NCBI RefSeq assembly: GCF_000253295.1
Contig: NC_015717.1
Coordinates: 3,188,575-3,220,574 of the forward strand
Length of the DNA stretch: 32,000 bases
Source of the DNA: Hyphomicrobium sp. MC1
GTDB taxonomy: Bacteria > Pseudomonadota > Alphaproteobacteria > Rhizobiales > Hyphomicrobiaceae
Direction: 5' to 3'
In this document: positions 9,701 through 15,979 of the stretch, piece after piece
How the letters are laid out: every line of letters begins with the position of its first letter
Numbering within the stretch: position 1 is the first letter of the stretch
Position numbers and translations under genes: made by a program
Notes under the pieces: model-generated
What the model was told of the DNA's origin: nothing
Databases searched by the model: none
What the model saw: the letters and a program-made list of their open reading frames with translations, nothing else

Positions 9701-12700
9701 CAGTGATCTGTAACTAGAACCCGTTTGTTCGTCCACGCGATGCACCGCGTCGTGACGGCGATCGAGCTGTCCCTCTAACTCTTCGATCAAAGTCGCTAGT
9801 TGTTTCCTCCGGTTGTTTACGCTGCTTATGCCTGATGGAGGATCGCGGCGTAAATTGAAGACCTGATCGCGGATCATTTGAAGGACCGGCTGCCGGTCTT
9901 TATTTATGTCCGTTATCATCACGCAACGGTCTTGCAGCCCCTCCTTCTCAAGACGCTTTCTCACGACATCTATTGCCGCAAATTTCTGGCAGACGACTAG
10001 TACGCTCTTCTTTCGACCTATAGCGTCGCCAATAACGTTGACGATGGTTTGACTCTTGCCGGTCCCTGGAGGACCTTCGAGCAATAAGCCAGGGCTATGC
10101 CGCGCCTTGAATACGGCGTCCTCTTGCGACGGATCACTCGCCGCACTGAAGAAACGATCTACTTCACGGGGCGCGGTGTGGGTGATCTCCTGTTGCACAG
10201 GATCGGAGATACGAAGTAGCGCGGCCAATGAGGTGGAATCAGGCGCTCTCGACTTCAGGCGTCTCAAATCATCGACAATGGCCTGGCCGATATAAGAGAG
10301 ATGAAAGAGAACAGCTGATGCCGTGACCCGTCGCGCGAAAGGAGGAAGTTGAACATCTCGAGCGGGCAGTTTCGAAATCTGGCGACCCGTTGATGTTGCT
10401 AGGGTCGCAAATGCATCCATTATGTCCGGTGGATTTAGAGTTGATCGACCGAGAAGTTCGTCGATTAGCTCTCGCCACCTGGCCATTTCCTCGATTCCGA
10501 CGATGCCCTCGAGTGCAGGATTAATTCGAACGTCCTCGCGTTCTCGATCGAAGGCGATCGTCACATCACCCCGAACGCCTGTTGCGACATCCACGCGCAC
10601 TGGCCAAAGAAGGACCGGTGCTATCCGAGGCTTGGTTGTCGATCTTCCATCGCGAGCTACAAGAAATGGAAATCCCAGATAAAGCCCGTCAATACCCGTA
10701 TCTCGCTTGTATATGACCGCGCTCTGAACAAGGTGCCGCAATCGGCTTTCTGGCGAGCCCTCAGAAATTGCGAATATAGCTGGGTCAACACTAAGTTTCT
10801 GATCTGAACGTCGCAGAACATGGGAAACAATATCGTCTGGACTTCGCCGTTGTGTACCTAGCTCCGAGACGTCAATGCGCGGTGTCGTCTTACCAATCGT
10901 CATCCTAACCAGCGGCCCTCGCGCTAGCGAAACCGTTACCTTCTTCTCAAAATATTCGAGAATACGCTGGTAGTATTCGTGCTTCGGCGGCTCGAGCCAA
11001 TGTTCCGCAGGAATTGCTAGAAGCGCTAACGCCCGAGCAATTGGCAGACGCCGCTCTAAGCGGAGCTGTTCGACCCACTCGTCCGCGCGAGAAATATTAC
11101 AGCGCGCTAGATCTCCGGTCCGCTTCCGCACCTCTGCGATAAGGTTGCTGCGGGAAAGCTCAAGAGATTGGTCCGCGATCATGGGATCAAATCCCAAAAT
11201 GCCGGCGCGTTGTGCCAGTTGTGCGGCCTCTTCGATGACTTCATCCCTGCTTCGGAAGAACCCGGTATCCGCGGCTAGAAGGATGATTAAATCTTCTTCC
11301 GAAGACTGGCGTCGTTCCATCAGGCTCGCGATCCCGGCATGTTCGGTGTCGGGAAAAAGCCGCCGCTTCGCATCCCATTCGGATGCGAGTTGTGATCGCG
11401 ATGTGGAGAGGAGATAGGCGCGTAACGCAGCTTCTTCCAATTGGATTTCTAGAAGCCTTGCCTTTTCCCGTACAGCGGTGGCGCGTACTCTAAGACGGGT
11501 TAGCCATACTTCCGAGCCCAGAACTTCAAGTATGTCCGGTGCGGGACCATCAATCAGCTCGTAACCGAGTTCACTATTCGTGCGAAGCCAGGGCGGGTTG
11601 ATGATGTCGCCCCGGAACGTGAGGGGCATATTTTCGTTGAGGAGCTTAAGAGCAAGAGACAGTCGAAAGTCATCATGGAGACCATCTCGTCGTGCGACCT
11701 GACGCAACGCCGATGTCGTGCCGCTGGGCAATCCGACCTCAGCGGACCAACTCGCAACTTCGCCGCGCATCAGTAGGTCTCGGGCCTCATCCCAATACTC
11801 GGAGCCAGCGGCTTCGAGGGCGAACCGTATAGGACTCGTATGTGTTTTGCCGCCGAGAACAATCGTTGGGAGTTCAGCAGATTCGCTCTGGCCGACATTT
11901 ACCTCGGTGGGCAGCTCAACGGGCTCCCCGTCGAGACAGGCTTTGAGTTGTTTCCAACCCCACCGTTGGGACTGATCTCGTATCAGCAGACCCCGGAGAA
12001 GAGTTCGAAGTTCGCCCGGCAGGTCCTCTGGAATCGGGACGCCGGTCGCAAGAGCATGCATCAAGAAAACGCGGGGGTTGATCCCATCGAAACAGCGACC
12101 TTCCGTAATCTGTTCGAGCAAGATCATGCCTAAGCTCCACCAGTCCGAGGCGGAAGCAACGGCACCGATGACTGCTTCCGGCGCGGTATATCGCGTCAAT
12201 TCAAGTGGAGCGACGATATCGAGATCGAATTCGGACAAGCGTGCGGACTCAAACCCCGTGATAACGAGATCGAGCGGATCCTCGGCTCGAATGAGAATGT
12301 TAGGCGGCCTTAAATTCCGATGGCGAAGGCCGGCTTCAGCGAAATCCCTGAGTGCTGTTCCGATCTCCAAGGCAAGCGTACGAACGGCTTCAATCTGACA
12401 GCCTGACGGAGACCGGTCTGCGAGCGAACCCGTCTCCATGTTCTCGCACACATCGTAGGCGCGATCACCCCAACGACCGGTTGTTATGAGCTCGGGAATA
12501 TGATCGCGTGGGAGACGTCGAAGCAATGCATAAACGGATGGATCGGGTTCAGAGCCTATTGCATAGAGTGTGAGGACAGCCGACTTATTCCTATCTGCTT
12601 TGGTTGCAATGAACCGTTCGACTGCGGGCCCTGTCGTCTCTAAGCGACGTTCTAGATGCCAACCATCGATCGTCGCTGGCGCCGGCATGTCTTCATCAGA

Positions 12701-13021
12701 ATCCGGACTAGCTTCATCTGCTTCGTAATGCGATTGAGCTTCATTGAAGCCGCTCGGTGTTACAACATCGGCGTGACACACCGGGCAAATGAAATCCCCC
12801 GCTGTGATCGGATGCCCATTTGGACAGGTTGGGCCTGATGAAGTTGTATTTGCTGCCGGCACACTCGTGAGTGGTTCCGGACGCCAGCCAGTTGCCCGAA
12901 TGGGCTCCTCGGAGATCAGCCAAGGCTCGAAACCTCTTTCAATGCAACCTTGGCATAGAACTTCGCCGAGGCCGCGCTCGGTTTCGCAACTCGGGCACCA
13001 TCGCATCCGACTTAGCGACAA
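6701..13021 (-). CDS. Giant 2106-aa multidomain protein: two Zn-ribbons, pseudokinase, DUF4011-like region, Upf1-like SF1 helicase (AAA_11/AAA_12 type) with a large insertion, C-terminal REase (MTES_1575/DUF559-like) domain
   Basis: Zn-ribbons: CPSC...CQGC (aa 9-26) and CPNGH...CPVC (aa 66-82). Kinase fold aa ~118-365: HRNLRPPN at nt 12322-12299, YTAPE, SDWWSLGMILLEQITG. GFPFLV...APVLLWPV is DUF4011-like (aa ~780-810). Walker A GPPGTGKS at nt 10075-10052. Motif II DEASQ at nt 8065-8051. Further helicase motifs: SGDEKQMPP, HYRS, VTFNRKQ, VENVQGDERDVIIF, LNVAITRAKRK. C-terminal VDLAI...GIECDAPQH...RISCAEWY (aa ~2020-2080). TTG start at 13021 is preceded by GGAGGA with a 6-nt spacer. Alternative ATG at 13006. 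Confidence 0.9.
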   Translation of the reverse strand: MSLSRMRWCPSCETERGLGEVLCQGCIERGFEPWLISEEPIRATGWRPEPLTSVPAANTTSSGPTCPNGHPITAGDFICPVCHADVVTPSGFNEAQSHYEADEASPDSDEDMPAPATIDGWHLERRLETTGPAVERFIATKADRNKSAVLTLYAIGSEPDPSVYALLRRLPRDHIPELITTGRWGDRAYDVCENMETGSLADRSPSGCQIEAVRTLALEIGTALRDFAEAGLRHRNLRPPNILIRAEDPLDLVITGFESARLSEFDLDIVAPLELTRYTAPEAVIGAVASASDWWSLGMILLEQITEGRCFDGINPRVFLMHALATGVPIPEDLPGELRTLLRGLLIRDQSQRWGWKQLKACLDGEPVELPTEVNVGQSESAELPTIVLGGKTHTSPIRFALEAAGSEYWDEARDLLMRGEVASWSAEVGLPSGTTSALRQVARRDGLHDDFRLSLALKLLNENMPLTFRGDIINPPWLRTNSELGYELIDGPAPDILEVLGSEVWLTRLRVRATAVREKARLLEIQLEEAALRAYLLSTSRSQLASEWDAKRRLFPDTEHAGIASLMERRQSSEEDLIILLAADTGFFRSRDEVIEEAAQLAQRAGILGFDPMIADQSLELSRSNLIAEVRKRTGDLARCNISRADEWVEQLRLERRLPIARALALLAIPAEHWLEPPKHEYYQRILEYFEKKVTVSLARGPLVRMTIGKTTPRIDVSELGTQRRSPDDIVSHVLRRSDQKLSVDPAIFAISEGSPESRLRHLVQSAVIYKRDTGIDGLYLGFPFLVARDGRSTTKPRIAPVLLWPVRVDVATGVRGDVTIAFDREREDVRINPALEGIVGIEEMARWRELIDELLGRSTLNPPDIMDAFATLATSTGRQISKLPARDVQLPPFARRVTASAVLFHLSYIGQAIVDDLRRLKSRAPDSTSLAALLRISDPVQQEITHTAPREVDRFFSAASDPSQEDAVFKARHSPGLLLEGPPGTGKSQTIVNVIGDAIGRKKSVLVVCQKFAAIDVVRKRLEKEGLQDRCVMITDINKDRQPVLQMIRDQVFNLRRDPPSGISSVNNRRKQLATLIEELEGQLDRRHDAVHRVDEQTGSSYRSLLSELVDLEAAGVPPIDVPKLRRLLQSLPPAQRTAIEEACASLARYWLPSKFERSPLRVLKIFQADPATVRAFSEDFERFASVEAMRVHIIAERSAVFEVENPGDTLTWLSDSTDVVAAQRGEQRENLARWISLFRPVSAVLTEKEDGRGLILELDELLTILDKEASSAPPVELQRVLLSLDGTIFSKLERASGRVLASTSLISRLSPFRYTALRQLRRFLRDHKLGEKHDVALLHAAIRFERELRAVKQRLQRILEDLDIDNPTVGDLPISSIRRLTADLRQSLGNVAAVADMLAQGPQPNMAFEATKNHALPIFFEEVAQAIKRCKARADSAAALEALGSWFEEKWSSSCQSAIAMGKSNTARVGPIAGALPTVEAFQEFRRRVAGQDGMVLAVFECLREVEGPLEILPTSELTAMVRRIIAREPRLALKAALEEREPSLLMDQGEIETKIQSLADADQKIRVLNSRLLADGVDNNQVQGSQQTWTSITRLRAANGVLRSSIRDLIENGRDLGLFELRPVWLVNPDVASRIFPLTPGLFDVVVYDEASQMPIEYALPTLFRAGIAVVSGDEKQMPPTSFFAGRIEDDEEDLDVDVDDTALSESAREALEETWNRREIKDCPDLLNLARVSLPTTMLEVHYRSAYRELIAFSNAAFYGNRLNVPIQHPDSVVLQQCPIEIVHVNGTYSKQTNLEEADRIVGLLADYWSEPQQRRPSIGVVTFNRKQADLIEDRLEERAEEDEAFRGAYIEEQQRTQDHEDIGFFVKNVENVQGDERDVIIFSTTFGRNEHGSFRRNFGVLGQHGGRRRLNVAITRAKRKVIVATSIPIGDVSDMLSTHRPPMTERDYLQGYLEFGRAITAQDLDAARSLCRRMVTEGKRTEGRDHDLGDAFKRSVERFIREIGYDPVPGDQDDAFNVDLAIVNPNTGLYGIGIECDAPQHQILARARARELWRPRILSNTVRSLHRISCAEWYARRTYEQERLRAAIASALSNPGGRAA

Positions 13022-13668
13022 CTTTTATCCTCCGATGTTGCGACCCGGTGGCCATCGGCTTCGAGCAACTCACGAAGACGCGCGAGATCGCCGCGGTCGG
13101 GAATGCCAGCGAACCACACGGCACCACCCTCTTCGAAGGCTATGTCTAGTCTGCGGTCTTGTTCGCCTCGCGGGCCATCGTAATTGGCAAAGCGGCGTCG
13201 GCCGAGCTGCGTTAAAGGAAATAGACGTTGATTGTCACTACCGCGCAGACGGCGCGTTTGCGCCGTTGACCGTACGAAAGGATCGGTCACGATTGCATCG
13301 ATAAGGCCCGACAGCCGCTCCAAATGCGGGCCAATTGCTTCAAAAGAATAGCCTGAGAAAACCAAAATGTCCGCGGAGCATTCTAGTCTCAGAAGGCGGA
13401 GCAAAGCCTCAAGCGCCGCGACCTGATCGAACGGCTCACCTCCGGAGATCGTAATGCCATCTGCCTGCGACAACCAAGGTTTGATTGATGCAAGAACTTC
13501 GTCAATGGCCACGGTTGCCTTCGCGAATGTCCAAGTGTCCGCGGAAATACAGCCCGAACACCGAATTGAGCATCCCTGGAACCAGATGCCAATCCGCTTT
13601 CCAGGACCGAGGGCCGTGACCGGAAAATGGAGCCGTGAAAGACCGACAGCGATAGGTATGTCACTCAT
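13012..13668 (-). CDS. Small radical SAM protein of the NrdG/PflA/QueE-like (4Fe-4S single-cluster, activase-like) type
   Basis: GIWFQGCSIRCSGC gives C33-x3-C37-x2-C40 (nt 13572-13549). ITISGGEP is a SAM-binding motif (aa 72-79). Only 218 aa. ATGA overlap with the upstream AAA+ gene and a 10-nt overlap with the giant gene start. Confidence 0.85.
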   Translation of the reverse strand: MSDIPIAVGLSRLHFPVTALGPGKRIGIWFQGCSIRCSGCISADTWTFAKATVAIDEVLASIKPWLSQADGITISGGEPFDQVAALEALLRLLRLECSADILVFSGYSFEAIGPHLERLSGLIDAIVTDPFVRSTAQTRRLRGSDNQRLFPLTQLGRRRFANYDGPRGEQDRRLDIAFEEGGAVWFAGIPDRGDLARLRELLEADGHRVATSEDKSCR

Positions 13669-15509
13669 GATGATCTCGACAGTCGCAGCGAAGTCACTGG
13701 CCCTTTTTCCAAATCGGCAATTGTGAGCCGACCGTCCCGCCCGTCCCCAAAATCGAACAGTGAACGTGCAAGCGGATTCACAAGATGGCGTTCGACCTGA
13801 TTTCGGATGCCACGGCCGCCGTTGGATAGATCTTCAAGGCATAACGCGGCGAGCTTCTGACGTGCGATATCACTCATCGAGATCTGGATGCCGCTTTGCG
13901 CAAGATCGGCCAAGGTGGAAACTACCATCGAATCAAAAATCTGAATCGCAACCTCCGGGCGGATAAAGTCGAAGACTATAATGTTTTCTCCAATCCGATT
14001 GAGGATTTCTGGCCGGTTTAATGTGATCTTAAAATGACGATCAATCTCTCTCCTGACGCCAGCCCTAACTTCATCGAATGGTTCGCTCGGCGAGACATTT
14101 AAGGTGCGTCCGCCGGATGGGTCGTCGCGGTAGATTCCGAGATTAGAAGTGAAGACGATAAACGCCTCTGAAAAATAGACTCGATCACCTCGCCCGGATG
14201 TGAGTACGCCGTCGTCGAGCACTTGCAGGAATTTATCGAGAATGCGGGGATGCGCTTTCTCGATTTCATCGAACAGCACCACGCAAAATGGTCGCTCGCG
14301 AATGGCGTTCGTTAATTCTCCGCCAACGTCATAGCCGACATAGCCGGGTGGGGCGCCTATCAATCTTTGATCCGAATGCTCTGCGCCAAATTCAGACATG
14401 TCAAAACGAATATACGCACTCTCATCACCGAAGAGCAGAGAGGTTATCGTTTTGGCGAGTTCAGTTTTTCCCACGCCAGTGGGACCGGCCAAGAAAACGA
14501 CACCCCGTGGACGTCCTCCTCGGCGTGGAGCCCCAACTCCCGTAACCGCACGCTTAATAATGTCCAGCACATGCGTGATGGCGTGGTCCTGGCCCTTGAC
14601 CCGCTCGCGAATAAAATCAGGAGCCGACTCGATCTTGCGTCTATCGATCTTGCGCCAAGGGTCTTCAGTCACTCCCACTTTGTAACGTCGCACGGCATCA
14701 CCGATACGGTCGAACGTGACCCCCTCGCCGCGTCCCAATTGCGCAATTGCATTGAGATCCGTCAGCAGCAATCCGTCCGTCATATCCACGAACGCATCTG
14801 CAGCTGACCGAATTGCATCCGAAGTAGCTCCGGCCCCTCCCGACATTGTTTTCACGAGTGTCTGACCGAGGGATTTTCGCACTCGATGGTCGGGCTTTGG
14901 GATCGGTATGTGCCGAAGGCGCGCGTTATTAAGTAGGAACCAATCTGGAAGATCGCCCTCCTTGTCGACGATCCAAAGGATAGAATTGAAGAATGGTGTT
15001 CGCTGTGCGCCAATTGGCTTGGGTCGAGCTGTATGGCACAGCACTTGTGCTCGCAGGAACAGCTGATGTTCATGCGGCTGGAGGAATTCATTCCGTACAA
15101 TTAATCGCGATGCAAAATCGACGATGAGCGCGATTGGTCCATCGGGAAAAGAGACAATCTTTTCGAGTGTTGCCGAGAGTAAATCGAGGCCCCCGGGGGC
15201 TGCACCATCGGCAGGCGTTAAGCCGAGTTGGGTCAGAAGAGTTTCGCTACCAGCGGGCGATCCCAATAAAGGCTCGGCCAGCCCGAATCCCGTCGTAGGC
15301 TCGTATGTGACTACACGTCGATAACCCGCGGCGGTGAGTTCCGTTGCGACAAGGGTCAGCAGCGGTACTGCAGCGATAGCGCCCGGAGTGGTTTCGGTCG
15401 TCTGAAGATCCCGAATGTTACCTGTCAGGACAAACTGGCTCTTCAGCGGAAGGAAACGCTGGAGATCTCTAAGCCAACGCGGCTTTTCGTAGATGTCGAC
15501 GTCAGCCAT
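13665..15509 (-). CDS. AAA+ ATPase: ClpA/ClpB D2-type module (AAA_2 plus D2-small-like C-terminus) preceded by a degenerate, P-loop-less AAA-like N-terminal module
   Basis: Active module: VFLAGPTGVGKTELAKT (Walker A nt 14486-14463), IGAPPGYVGYDVGGELT, VVLFDEIEKAHP (Walker B), FIVFTSNLG, RPEILNRIG. N-terminal half: FVLTGNIRDL in the Walker A position, ALIVDFASRL Walker B-like, RLRHIPIPKPD. ATG at 15509 is preceded by GAGG and a G-run. The TTG at 15557 in the track is less likely. Confidence 0.85.
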   Translation of the reverse strand: MADVDIYEKPRWLRDLQRFLPLKSQFVLTGNIRDLQTTETTPGAIAAVPLLTLVATELTAAGYRRVVTYEPTTGFGLAEPLLGSPAGSETLLTQLGLTPADGAAPGGLDLLSATLEKIVSFPDGPIALIVDFASRLIVRNEFLQPHEHQLFLRAQVLCHTARPKPIGAQRTPFFNSILWIVDKEGDLPDWFLLNNARLRHIPIPKPDHRVRKSLGQTLVKTMSGGAGATSDAIRSAADAFVDMTDGLLLTDLNAIAQLGRGEGVTFDRIGDAVRRYKVGVTEDPWRKIDRRKIESAPDFIRERVKGQDHAITHVLDIIKRAVTGVGAPRRGGRPRGVVFLAGPTGVGKTELAKTITSLLFGDESAYIRFDMSEFGAEHSDQRLIGAPPGYVGYDVGGELTNAIRERPFCVVLFDEIEKAHPRILDKFLQVLDDGVLTSGRGDRVYFSEAFIVFTSNLGIYRDDPSGGRTLNVSPSEPFDEVRAGVRREIDRHFKITLNRPEILNRIGENIIVFDFIRPEVAIQIFDSMVVSTLADLAQSGIQISMSDIARQKLAALCLEDLSNGGRGIRNQVERHLVNPLARSLFDFGDGRDGRLTIADLEKGPVTSLRLSRSS

Positions 15510-15566
15510 CCCCCAAACCTCAGCGACCAATACCCCACAATGCTCATAGGCGAGCAAAGGATATCA

Positions 15567-15582
15567 GTCGATGCGAATCGAC
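15567..15582. promoter_or_regulatory. Perfect 6-4-6 palindrome GTCGAT-GCGA-ATCGAC about 60 nt upstream of the AAA+ gene start; candidate operator or structural element
   Basis: Seen directly: gtcgatgcgaatcgac in the 470-bp intergenic region upstream of the four-gene operon. No function demonstrated. Confidence 0.2.
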
Positions 15583-15979
15583 GGCTATCTGCACTTTCAC
15601 GGTAGCTTTTTCCACCACTTGTGCCGAGGGTGCATGGCAGTCAGCATCGATCGGGCGGACTTGAGTGCATGCTCCGGTTCGCTATGACTCGCCCCACCAG
15701 CGGCCTTGTAGGTATTGCGCAACGTTGCTTCCGATTGACGGGAAGAAATGCGGCTCCGATTTCCGCAAGGATGCAAATTGCAGACATCTGGCTAGAAAAG
15801 TTGGCCGACAGCTCAGAGCGATTGTTTGATATCGGCAATCGGTTTAGGAGCACACATCGCGGACACTTGAGCCAAACCTCTTAGTGACCCTTACTGGACA
15901 TCAGGCGCCTGCCGGCCTTGGAGGTTGTTGATCGAAGCGATGCTTAGTGGTTGTTGGAAAGATGTCCGCACAGCAACGG

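Noticed and set aside
11927-12670. Annotating the giant protein as an active Ser/Thr protein kinase
   Set aside because: The VAIK Lys, HRD Asp and DFG Asp equivalents are Thr, Asn and Gly respectively, so catalytic competence is unlikely.
13012-13668. Viperin-like (pVip) antiviral radical SAM
   Set aside because: The protein is only 218 aa. Its cluster motif sits in the GxWxQGC context and its GGEP placement is typical of NrdG/PflA/QueE-type enzymes, with no viperin-like C-terminal extension. Family assignment still needs an HMM search.
15510-15557. TTG start at 15557 for the AAA+ gene (track coordinates)
   Set aside because: The downstream ATG at 15509 has a GAGG and G-run Shine-Dalgarno region, and the 16 extra residues (LAYEHCGVLVAEVWG) look non-native.
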